Below, in pieces: positions 11,901-24,500 of a stretch of 64,000 nt of DNA (the first letter of the stretch is position 1; every line of letters begins with the position of its first letter). The position numbers were made by a program, and so were the translations under genes. A model generated the notes under the pieces. The model worked only from the letters and a program-made list of their open reading frames with translations, searched no databases and was not told the DNA's origin. The DNA comes from Balanoglossus misakiensis. Its lineage: Eukaryota > Animalia > Hemichordata. The stretch covers positions 16,935,703 to 16,999,702 of the forward strand of contig CM082578.2 of assembly GCA_040954595.2 (NCBI GenBank), in the 5' to 3' direction.

Positions 11901-14900
11901 CCAGGTTATCGATGATCTGAAAGTGACTGTGTTGGTAACGGAACCGCAGGGGATTGACTTTATTCAAGTACCCCCGATTCAATCAAATGCAATTGACAGA
12001 TGGGTCGGCAAAAATGTCCACAATCCTCTTGCGACTATCGATCGAAGGTCAGCCGAGCATGCGCGTACGGTATTCTCGCCGACGAGGGAAGATCAGATAG
12101 CTATGTCCTCCAAAGGTGTCATGGGAGATTTTGTCGTCCGTTATGACGTTGGGCACGAATTCAATGCGGGTGAACTGCAGGTGAGATTGTTTGTTGAGAA
12201 GCTCAGCACAACGGCAAGGTTAAACATATTCCTCCCAAATCTCTCTTCTCCCCCTCTCTCTCTCATGCAAAGAGCGATAACGCCCAATGGGAGCTGGTCT
12301 GCTGTCGTCTCATATGATTGGTTCTCAAGTCTCTCTTCAAACAAGTAGAAAACAAGGTGCACATTGCCCCCTCGTCCATGTGTTCAGTATATTTGGTTTG
12401 TTGATCTACTAACAGTTTCTTGTTCCAAATCTCTGAGGCAGGATGAAATGCCCAGTGTTCACACTTTGTATTACAATCTGCTTGTATGGTCCCGTTAAAG
12501 ATTTTTTTACCTGTGGCTTACAGGTTCTTGGGAGTTACTTTGTCCACCATTTTGCTCCTATCGGGCTGAAACCTGCCAGAAAGAATGTAGTCTTTGTCAT
12601 TGACGTCAGTGGCTCGATGTCAGGACGGAAGATGTCACAGACAAAGACCGCCCTCAAAGAAATCCTGGGAGACATGAGAGACGACGACCAGTTCAACATC
12701 GTTACTTTTAACGGCTACGTGAACGTCTGGCAATCGAAGGGACTGGTTCCTCTTTCGGACGAGTTTCGTCAACAGTCGGATGCATTCGTCGACAGCCTTT
12801 ATGCGGGTGGGAGTAAGTACATCTTTCTCGGTTCAGTTTCATGCTCATTTTTAACGTTATGTCCTTCTCTGTCATGTTCACGCAATATCTGACTTTTACA
12901 GGTACCGACATCAACAGGGCACTTCTAGTCGGAGCCAATATTCTTCTCACGCACGAGGACAACTTGAATACTGTGAACCCGAGCCAGTCGGAAAAATCAG
13001 CGTCGATGGTCATCATGTTGACCGATGGGAACCCAACCATTGGCGTCACCGACTTCGAGGCGATCCAGGAAAACGTCGCAGCCGCTGTGAACGGTCAGTT
13101 GTCCATCTTCTGTCTTGGTTTCGGCGACGATGTTGACTACGAGGCCCTGGAAGTGCTGTCTCTGCAGAACGGCGGCGTTGCCCGCAAGATCTTCGAGGAT
13201 GCCGATGCCAGCTTGCAGCTGAAGGGATTCTACGACGAAGTGGCCAACCCGGTTCTGTTCAACCTGAATGTCCTTTATCCCGGCAACGCCGTTGATCAGA
13301 ACTCGCTCACTCGCACAACCTTCCCCGTTTTTTTCGACGGCTCGGAGATTGTGGTGGCGGGAAAGCTGAAATCTGACGACATATCCAAGCTGCAAACCGA
13401 AGTGACAGCTATTTCGTTCAACGACACTCTTCTACTGGCGGCTGAGATCGGACTGCAAGAGGTAAGCATCGCAAGAAATACCTTTGTGGACAAACATGTC
13501 TAGTTTAATTGCCAGATCTGATTGCGATATGCTGTTTTACATCGCTTTGAGGCGAGGTATGTTTAATATCAATTTATTTCGAACGGTTCCAAGATGGTTG
13601 TAAGTGTAGTCTATGTGCGTCAAATTGTCAGCCTTATTAATTTAAATTAGGCCTATGTCATCAGTGGATAAAACGGTGCAGTCACCTGTTACAGTGGGGA
13701 AAACGTTATTATGAAATTGTACTGCCGCCAAACGTCTTTTCCTGCCGTAAAATTGAAACTGTGGCTTAAGATGCATCACGGTTGAGGGAACGCCGTTAAA
13801 ACCCATGCAGGGCATCATCCTGGTGCGGTGTTCCTGTTGCAGGAAACGATCGAGGACATTGGACTGGACAAAGACACCGTTGATGACGTAACGCAGCGAC
13901 TCTGGGTGTACCTGACAATCAAACAAGTGCTGGACCAGATGAAAGTGACCGCCAATGAGGCATTGCTAGCAGAACTCAAACAGAAAGCAATCGAGCTCTC
14001 ACTCGAGTACAACTTCGTTACCGAAGTCACGTCTTTGGTCGTTGTGGCTGATGACGATTTCCGGAGGTTGGATAGTGAGGATGTGGCCACCACTGTGCCA
14101 CCCCCTGTTTGGCGTCCACGTTTCGGTCAGTGCATTTTTGTGTGTGTGCCAATCCAAAAGAACCACATCACTCGCCAAACATGAATCCTACACATCCCTG
14201 GCAATAACGCATTTTATAATTCGCAGGATACATATTACTTGCGAAAACACATGCAAATGAAAGGTTGGGGGGGATGTCTGAACAAACCCTATCTAGGTTC
14301 TTCAAGGGTGTACTGTGAACGAGCATCTCGGACAATGCATGATGTGTGGCCTGAGTGTTGCACATACGATTGATCGATGTTTGAATGTTTTCACCAATTA
14401 ATGATGCAGTCACACGGTAACATGTAATGTATTGATGATTAACAACTGTGAACGTAAAGATCACAAGGATGTCCCTGGACTGCACTAAGTGTATCATGTT
14501 TATTCATTTGCCACAGGTGCTGGGCCGCCCATGCCTGTTCCAGTTGGTAAGCTCTTTTTCAATGGGGTTTAGAATGAATAAACATTTTGCACCTGATGCC
14601 CCCCCCCTTCCTCCCCCCCTCCCCCTCGTTTGCCATGAATGTTGCACAAACAAATGTTGTTCAATTGTTTTCACCCACTAGTGATGCACTCACACGGTAA
14701 CCTTCCACTAAGCGCACCCTTTTTTTAAACTTTTGACACAGCTGCTGGACTGCCTTCACGGTCACACCTCTCCCTACAGCTTTCACATGGTAAGGTCTCT
14801 GTCAATTTAGTTTAGAGTGAATAAAACTAAACTTATCGATGTTTGAATGTTTTCACCAATTAATGATGCAGTCACACGGTAACATGTAATGTGTCGATGA

Positions 14901-17085
14901 TTAACAACTGTGAACGTAGAGATCACAAGGATGTCCCTGGACTGCACTAAGTGTATCATGTTTATTCATTTGCCACAGGTGCTGGGCCGCCCATGCCTGT
15001 TCCAATTGGTAAGCTCTTTCTCAATGGGGTTAAGAGTGAATAAACATTTTGCACCTGATGCCCCCCCCTTCCTCCCCCCTCCCCCTCGTTTGCCATGAAT
15101 GTTGCACAAACAATTGTTGTTCAATTGTTTTCACCCACTAGTGATGCACTCACACGGTAACCTTCCACTAAGCGCACCCTTTTTTTAAACTTTTGACACA
15201 GCTGCTGGACTGCCTTCACGGTCACATCTCTCCCTACAGCTTTCACATGGTAAGGTCTCTGTCAATTTAGTTTAGAGTGAATAAAACTAAACTTAGCGCA
15301 TCTGATGCAGGAGGTGTCGCGTCTGTACTAAGTGTATCCCGTTTTATTCTTTTGGCACAGGTCATGGTCGTCATCATAGTTATAGGACAGCGATGTACAT
15401 GCACAGTAAGTTAAATTATCATTCCATACATGTATATACTATACTAGTATATATCCAAATGCTTCCAATCCCGAGCAGCAAAAGAGAAGTAGCGACGGTT
15501 TCAATACGACTAGCGTACTTTTGTCAAGCTATACAACAGCATATACACGTATCACACACATGAACGTCTCGCGCGCCGACAAAGACAAAACTTTCACGTC
15601 ACATCATGCCCTGTTCCATTTTTTTTAAATTCTGTCTCGAACATGAGAATGGCAATATGTTTCTAACTATCTGGTTCTCGCCCCCCCCCCCCCATTTTTC
15701 TTTAGCGGCACTATCTTTCACCCATTTTCTAACGACATCGGGCTACCTATGGCCAGCGGCAAGTGGAGTCCCTTACCAAGCAACTACTATCCCACCAACT
15801 ACGGCCCCTCCAACTACACCATTCCCTTTCCACGGAACTACATTCCCTGGTCAACCAACCACCCGTCCGCCTCCCACAAGTCCAGCACCAGGGGAACAAC
15901 TCACAGAATTCATCATTGGTAAGAATATTTCTCTCACGGATACACTCTAAATAAATGTGTACAGTCTTGCTCAACAATAGTTTGAATTTCTGTAGTGCAT
16001 TACAACTTCACACTATCTCAGATTTGGGAAATGACGTCACATTAGCTCATGTGCATGACATGGAAATAAAAGTATTAGTGTCAGCCAAAGCATGACGAAA
16101 TGTATTTTAATTTAAGCACAGGCAATTTAAGAAACATCCTTCTCGTAACTCTAGGTGGTTTCGGTGGAAGATGTGATGTCGGTGTGAAAGTTGTCTCTGT
16201 GGAGCCAATCATTTGCTTCAGAATACCAGACGCCTACATAGATGTGAACTACACTTTGTTGGAGACAACATCTACAGGCAAGTTTGCAATTGTCATTATT
16301 TAAATTTTTAATTTGTTTTAAATAATCAGAACGTCTCAGTGCGCTGTGCACATAATGAAAGTAAAAGTGGCTCACTATCTTTCTTCTATTCAAACAAGTG
16401 TAGACTAAGAATGCATCACTGAATGTTCGAAAGTGTGAAATGTGTTACTACCCGTATAAAATTACTTAAAGCATGGATTGAATGGTCGAGTACATTTATG
16501 AAATGATAACCCCCCAAATTCTGTGGAAAGACTCCTTATTTTTCTGATCTCGTACAGGTGGAGAATTGAAAATCACAGGAAGTGTTAGCCGACCATCAAC
16601 CGTATTGCAATCTTACCATTGTTGGGACACTAACATCAGTAATACCCAAAATGCCATGGCTTTGGTGCAATCGTCCAACCAATTTCAGTCTAAGTCCTGC
16701 AGTCACATACGCTGGAGACAGATTCCCAATCGAACCTTCACCGGTATCGTTGGTAAGATTGAATATACTCTAGCTGTGCCCTTTTAACACACGCCCTCAA
16801 CGATACAGATGCTCAGATATTGAATTACCAGAACACGTGCAGTTGCTTCTGACGTAATTTTCACTACTTGTATTTTTGTCGTTCACATAAACACGTTTTT
16901 TTATTTTATTTAACCAGCAGTGTCTTTATTTTGTTTGTCTTGCAGCTCGGCTGTTATCATTCATAGCTGGTCTTAACATGGATCAGTATGAAAATGACAT
17001 AGTAGAACGCAACGCCGAGAGAGTACTTTTTCTCTCAAACGGTGCCGGTCATTACCAGGAGAGTTTGTTCAACCCCGTGTTCTGA
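8932..17085 (+). CDS. ITIH: Inter-alpha-trypsin inhibitor heavy chain-like protein (signal peptide, VIT, vWA, Pro/Thr-rich linker, reduced ITI C-terminal region), about 940 aa
   Basis: Phase-consistent exons: 8932-9021, 9489-9530, 10069-10223, 10533-10649, 11192-11330, 11905-12180, 12524-12812, 12902-13461, 13843-14125, 14517-14546, 14742-14789, 14979-15008, 15202-15249, 15361-15405, 15706-15918, 16155-16277, 16558-16752, 16946-17085 (sum 2823 nt). Motifs: signal MNIVLLAVAIQLPIALA, furin-like RRRR, VIT SRVTSRFAST, YFVHHFAP, MIDAS DVSGSM, LTDGNPTIG, FYDEVANP, RLWVYLTIKQ, YNFVT. AATAAA at 17390. Confidence 0.9.
14373..15294 (+). repeat. Recent tandem duplication (2 x ~461 bp), each copy carrying two ITIH micro-exons
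   Basis: 14373-14834 and 14835-15294 are nearly identical; each contains a 30-nt and a 48-nt phase-1 exon. Confidence 0.93.
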
Positions 17086-18943
17086 TCCTTAATCTTGGAT
17101 GATGCATGACGTCGATCGGTGAATACGAGCATACAATTCACGTGACGTGTAGGTTGCAGACCCGCTCATTTATTTTGGGTCTTGCATATTTAGAACCTTT
17201 TAAAATATCTGAGAACGGAACATAGTTATAATTTTCTTCTTTTTTTTTTTATTGTAGCATGTTATGTTGTTTGTATACCATTGTAATCTTTTGCTATGTT
17301 TACTGCCAGTATTTTGGTACATTAAAGGTACAAAGAGTCTGCAAAATTATGCTAAGCATAGCCTATTTACCTCCTGTCGTGGATCTTGAAATAAACTTAA
17401 AAACACAGACAGCTTTTTCACTGCTTTAATAATCCGGGTTTTCGAACACTGGTACGGTTGTTCCAGTCGAAGGTGGATTCAAAATGTTGTTTCCAAATTT
17501 TCATCAAATAATTTGTATTGGAGTAATGGCAGCGACAATCTACATGTACTAAAAGCCTACTGAACCAGTGACCAACCCACGCTGTACTGTATGCGGGTGC
17601 AATGCCCTGTGAACAAAAATACGTGCTAAATCCAACGAGATCGGATTTAAGAGCATTATGACCAAAATCCCACAAATTTGATTCATATTCAGAACTCGTT
17701 CACGTAATAATGAGGATACCGACGAAATTGATTGAGCCCAATGGCCCAACGAAAGCCTTTCTACGAACGCTTATACGACACAGAAATTGGGTTTGTGAAA
17801 AATGACAGCTGTGCATTATTAACGTACAATGTCATACGGTGTTAGCATCATTGAATTTCACTGTTAAATACAAATCTGCACTGTAAGAACCCGGACACTA
17901 GCGAGGAAACCGAAGTCAAAGTAGCTCAATATCTTATTAAACTTCCCTTTTCTGCACAAAAGGAGGAAATGCCGCTGGGAGGTTGGTTTTAGTTCAGCTT
18001 TGTGTGCAACATTGCTAAAGGTAAACATAACCTCGTTAAACCGATGTCAGAACGAAGCCGAGAGTATCTCACCATTTCATACTTTGAAAACCGTCTAATA
18101 CAATGGCGTTCGTGACACCAACCCTATCGGAACAAATTGCAACACAGAGAACACACAGACTACATGGGGTTAGTGGTTATTGTGAGCCTTTGGCAGTACG
18201 TGATGAACCTAATTTTCGGCAAGGTTAGACAGTTATAATCACCGCGATGTTAAATTTATTTAGATCCGTTGTTTGTCACACGCACGTAAAGGATTCGTCC
18301 GGAATACTGTTATGTTTTTTTCTGGCTCTATCATACAGTTCCGCAGATGATGCGTGCATATACTGTTTGGGGATCTCATGTACTCAACGTGGATCAGTTC
18401 CAAGGATGATGAAGTGTGCACATACTATTCGCGGCGGGTCTCTCATTTACAGTTAAACAAAAGGTTGGATTTCATAAGGCAAAAGAAACGCGCTTAATAA
18501 TGGTAATACTAATGATCTCGCATTGTATATTGCCGTCGACGGTCAAAGGAAAAAAACACGTTTCCAAAATTGGCACTCATCCGACCTCCTGCGCTTCCAT
18601 ACTGCCTGGAAAGGGCGTTGCCGGGGAAACGAAACTCCGTATAGACTAGGACGTCACATGTTATGTTTCACACCCTTTTCATTGAATCGCTTTTGAAGTA
18701 GCATATCAACGGCAGATCGATTGTCATCGGTGACAATGAGGCCTCGATACAAACGTAACACTGTGTGACGTCGACTGGGATTCCTTTTTTTCTACTGTCT
18801 TATCTCCAAACCCCTGACTGTGTTCATCGACTGCACGCGTGCAGCCCCATCCCCACGTGATTTGCATCAGAAAAAAAAGCTTTCCACGCACAGACACACA
18901 ACGATTCGAACCGACTGCGTACATCAGCGATGTAGATGACATA

Positions 18944-21518
18944 ATGGCGGTGGTGAAGAAAGTAATTGAAACTAGACTGTGTTTCGGAAAGGACGCAACG
19001 GTGGAACACATTCGGGTGAGTCATACTTTGACATCTTCCTTTTTAGTTCAGTTGAACGGGGAGGTTGCGAGACTTCACGTCTGTGACTGAAATGATGCAG
19101 TGAAATGTGAAAGTGGAATGTGAACGTGGAATGCAAGTTCATTTGCAAATCTTTAAAAATGATTTTTTTTCTGCGATAATGGACTTTTATCGTTTTGTAA
19201 CGGGAAGGTTATGCTTCTTGAAAAAATAAACATGTTCATATGACTGTTTATTATTATTTGACACTTACATTATGTACGGAACAGGGCAGATACACTGTTA
19301 TAAACCTATACAATCATGTAGCTGAAGCACATCAAGGTATTCTTTCATCAGCGTCCCAAAGGTTATTGTAACCTGGCGAAATACAATCATATGGGCATCG
19401 CAATGGGCTACCCCGCTTGCCGGGAAAAAATCGAGTTTGATTTAAATATGACCAGCAAAATAGCTCGACGTCGTTAGCAGTTGCCATTGGTGACAACGAG
19501 TTCACCGCAAGCAAAACGTATCGCGATCAAACCCATGTGGTACCCGGTTTCTTACACGTTGGTATGTCTGTGAAGTTGCACAGATCTTGCAACTTTACTA
19601 CATTTCGAACCTCTTCTACTGACCATCTCAACCCACAAGGAGCAGATTTGACGCATAAGTCACAATATGGCTGTCTGCAGGTATCATCATCTTTTGATAA
19701 CATAATTTCGCCGGGTCTTTTGTATCCAAACGTTTCTCCAAATTGCTTTTAATGAGTTTCTTTTCAAATCCCATGTTTAGTATCAATGTGGCAAAATTAA
19801 ATCATTCCAGTTCTGAACAGGATGAGTCTGGATAACATTCAACACAATTTGATTAATGAAACGCCTGATAACATCAGAATAAATTGCGAAATAATGACAA
19901 TTCAAAGACTGATTAGAAGATTGGGCATTTCATCACCTGCTCGGTTTGTCGACAAATATGCCATTAACCTCTATTATATGAAGTCTCAATGTCGCCTTAA
20001 TTTGAGAAAAGGCTGAATGTAATTTTTGTATTAAAAAAGTGTGACGTCATGAATAGAACTGACTGTTACGGCACCAGTGTCTTTTAGTTTGATTTCCGAG
20101 TAAACCGTGTCTGTCTTGTCATATCGTTATTTATTGCAACGGGCGTTTTTCTTCGCCTCGGAAATGAGACATCCAGTATTGGCTCATCTTTGTTATTGAA
20201 GCGTAATGTAGCCCCCAGACATAAATCAGAAGGAGGTAATTTTCTTATTAAAACAAGTCGACAGTAAAACAAGATAAGCTGCAATCGGCAAGCATCCACT
20301 TTCAAAAATAAAACTTGAAGGTAATTTCCTATCTCTCAAATGCAAGTTCCGATTGATAGCAATATCCGGCAAGTGACATCAACGAATTCCAAACATTTTT
20401 TCGCATCGTGCGAAGACTATTCCGATTTCATTCATTCCCTCATTCATTCGTTTTGCTGAATATTAGTGGAACATTTGGAATTATAATCTAGCGGTTGAAG
20501 AAGCAGTATATTTTTCTAATTTGGAAAACAACCCAATGATATGACATGTTCGGGTTTTGTCGTATCCAGTTAGTCAAATGCTATCTTGCAACACTGTTTT
20601 GGATATACAACGTGGTTGCCATGACGACGATATACAATATCAATATGCATACTTCACAAATCTATATCGTCCTATTGTTCGTAGTGTTTGTGTCGGTGTC
20701 AGTACAACTCGGCTTGTAAACGCAGTCCCATTTGATTTTCAAGGAAAGCTAAGGATTATCGACGGGGCTGTCTGAATAGAGATATACATGATGGTCTGAA
20801 GATGAACCTTTTCCTGTCGATGTCGCTCTTACGCAAAAATTAAATTAAATTCTGGAAATATTCCCCTATCATGGCATAATTGCTCGATCTGCCCATAAAC
20901 AAGCGGAACTTGATTTTTCGTGAGCGCAGTGTGTAAGAAACCAGTAGAACAATCTCAGTTTCCAATAAGGCCGATCGAATTGTCCTTGCATCACGTAGGG
21001 CTGAACACTGCCATCTATGGTAATAATTTGAAACAATCATATCCTAAGATATGATTATTTTCACTTTCTACCGTCGAGGGCAGTGTTCAGTTTCCCTCCT
21101 CTTGCTCTTCTCAGCTCCCTAGAGATGGAGTCACGTGATAAGCAGGCGACCTGATGATGAGGAACGTCGGACATGTAGTGTGACCAAAGTTTGTATAAAT
21201 ACTCGCTGAGTACGAATGCAGGTAGTTAGGTTCGATTCTTGAACGAATGGCAATAGTTGCAAACCCTAAAAGGCAATGGCATTTCCTGAAATGATGATGT
21301 CTGATGTGTCAGTGGATGTTGTTTGAATGGAAAGGTTCGTGTGAAGATCATGGATGCTTTTGATGACATATTTCCCTATCCATGGTATGAGAGATTGAAA
21401 TTATAATCCTAATTTTGACCCATTGTTTGGCAGTTGAGAATTAACCCACACATCATTAGCTGACTGAGTGGTTTGTTAAGTTTCACCTCAGGGAACAGAG
21501 GAAGCCTGTTGTTGTTGT

Positions 21519-21559
<41 letters not shown>

Positions 21560-24500
21560 GGGGAGGGGGAGACTAGCATGATCTTTAATTAAGGGGGGGG
21601 GGAGGGGACAAGTGTTCTGTCCAATACGTATGCATATGATCTTTATTACATTTATTTGAATGCGAGACAGGTATTCTATGTGAAACAAGCTTTAAATGAG
21701 ATGGGATCATGAACACCTGAGTTATTGAATCTGAAATGATTGAATTCAGAGGTGATTTGAATCAAGAGTTGATATGATTTCAGCAGAGTGAAATTTAGAT
21801 TAAGTATTTGAAACTAAATTTGATTACATGATTAATAGCTAAAACCAAACTGATATAGCATCTTAGATTATTGAAAATTTATACTGAGAGGAAAGTTCTC
21901 ATGAATCAGCTGTGGCAGCTCACATCAAGCACCGTAAAAGCATAAATCTCAAGTTTTACTGTTACTCTGCTGTAGATCTGTTCCCACAGTTATTGTATAT
22001 TCAATTAATGGATAGATTTCTTAGTAGTGGCCTCTATGGTCCCTGGAGGTTGAATGGAAAAGTCTGCAGGGTGCATGGAGTTGTAGTATTGATGTATTCT
22101 ATTGATCCGATTTTCAGGAAGCTCTTCAAAAAACACCTGCCGTGGACAATCTACAGTTTGATGAATGCCGGTGTGTGGACGACAAAAGCATCCTTCAGTT
22201 TGTGCATTTCATCAACAGAAAGCTGTGTTCTTTTGAGGCCTGCAAGCTCTATCGGTTGAGCAACTTTGCAGTGGAGTTGATTGCTCAAAGATGCAAGGAG
22301 CTCCAGCATGTGAAGTTTATTGGATGCGTCAACCTGGGGCAGAAATCCATAGAGTCGTTGGGAAGACACTGCAAGAAGCTGCAGTCGATCGCCTTCATCT
22401 ATGAGGATGGAACAGAGTGGCCGCTGGTCGATGACGTACTGAGCGTGCTGGTGGCGAATTTCACATCAGAGCTTCTCCGGGCTGCATTCGTGGGATTTAA
22501 AGGTATCACTGACATCGGGATCAATTATGTCGCCGAGTGTTTCTATGAGAGTCTGAACGCCATTGATTTTAGTGCCTGCACTGGTGTTACCGACAACAGC
22601 CTCATCGGCCTGGCAACCAACTGTCGACTCCTCCGCAGTGTCGCCTTCAACCAGACGTGCATCACTGACAGAGGCTTAAAGGCACTGGTGGACAAGTGCA
22701 CCAACCTGCAGTATGTGGATGTGGGCAATTGCCAACTGACTGACCAAGGTATCAAGCACCTGGCAGACCACTGCTTGCTGCTGGAGTACATCAATGTGGA
22801 AAATTGCCAGCAGGTCAAGGATGGCTCCCTGCACATCCTGACTCTCCACTGCAACCTCCTGACGACGGCCAACTTCAAAAACACCGGCATCACAAAGATT
22901 CCGGTCAGCATCCTCCGACTTGGTAAGCTGCGGCTCCTGGATGTGAGAATGTGCAAGGAGCTGTCCTTCCCACCACCGGAGATCATCGACAAAGATGTCG
23001 ACGGAATTGCCGACTTTTACAGGGAAAGGAATCTGGGTTACAGACTCCGTGTGATGTTTGTTGGGCATCAAGGAAGCGGCAAGAGCAGTCTTGTCCAGTC
23101 TCTGATAACAGATACTGCCAAGACTGTGGACGCACCAACGGATGGCTTGGATGTTCAACTTTGGAATCCATTCAATGGAACAACACATGGTAAGTAAAAA
23201 AAGTCAAAGAGAGCTGTAATTATCACTACTATTTATACACTTATCTTTGTTTATACAAATATATTTCTTGTGATCTGTTTTTTTCAGAATACTTCATACA
23301 CTTGCTGGGCCCTAGTACACCATTGTCTGTCTTGATTAACTAGTACATATGAAAATAAGCCTTTGTTTTCCTTTCGTGCCAATCATCATATGGATTAGGG
23401 ATATTAATGACAAGGACACTTCTATTAATATCTTGACGTTCTTACATGTACATGTGAAAGTGTTGAAAGTCTGTTCGTTTTTGTACAAAGACTGATGTGA
23501 TGAGTTACCATGGTGACCATTGCTTCACTTGTCGAAGTCTCAGTTGCACATCCTACAGTAATGGGAGTGATATATAAATAATCGATTTTGTATCTTTCAA
23601 TAAGCGCACCTCAGATGTGGCTATAGGCACTGACTGTTTCTGACAGGGAAACCAAACTGCTATACAGTTCATTGATAAACAAGGCATATTGTTTATGTTC
23701 CTCAAATAACCCTTCCTTGAATTCTTTATACAATGTATTAGCAAAATTTTCTTGGAATTACTCGGACACGTTTGAACCGAATCCATTCAAACTTGGGACA
23801 ATGTGGGCAAAGCAATAATGATGAAACACACACATACATGTATGTTACATAAATTTGTTTCATGATATGAATTAATATGGCCACAGCCTATGTAGCCAGT
23901 GAACATATAATTACCAACAGTACTTTCTTCATGGTTCAACTGTCTCCATGTTTTTCAAAACATGGCTGTACGAAGTTCTAAACTCAGATACTTTCCAAAG
24001 AAAACCATATTCCCTACCAGCAACACAATAGCAATTGTTTAAAACTCGTCTAAACCTTTAATCCAAACATGTGATTTTGACAGAGTTACTCCTTGAAAGA
24101 GTCCTAACTGCAGAAGAGAAGACCCTTGGTTTAGACATGTGGGATACATCAGGGAGAATGGTGAGTACATAGAAATACATATGCATGCCAGTGTGTAAAC
24201 ATTTCTCTACACAGAGTTTGCACATTGCAGGTTAAAACTTGTCCACGCTTGTTATAAAAATACTTGCACAATATGATTTATCAGCACTGAATCATGGAAA
24301 AATGTGTTTAACTAAAAAGCCTAGGTTACACATGAGAATGAATCTTGTAGTTGGCATCAACAGAAACTTTACTTGTTAATATGTATAAACAAGTGTATCA
24401 CCATGGCAACATATCTGGTATCAATGCAGCTGATACCACTAGAACTTCATAAACAATCCATCTTCCACGTAATTAAAGTAACGGGAAGACTGACAACCTC

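Noticed and set aside
21488-21688. Poly-His/poly-Gln ORF
   Set aside because: It is a product of the trinucleotide microsatellite.
22543-23188. Long antisense ORFs over the Roco LRR exon (similar ones occur over ITIH, gag and pol)
   Set aside because: They are shadow frames of real coding sequence with no motifs of their own.
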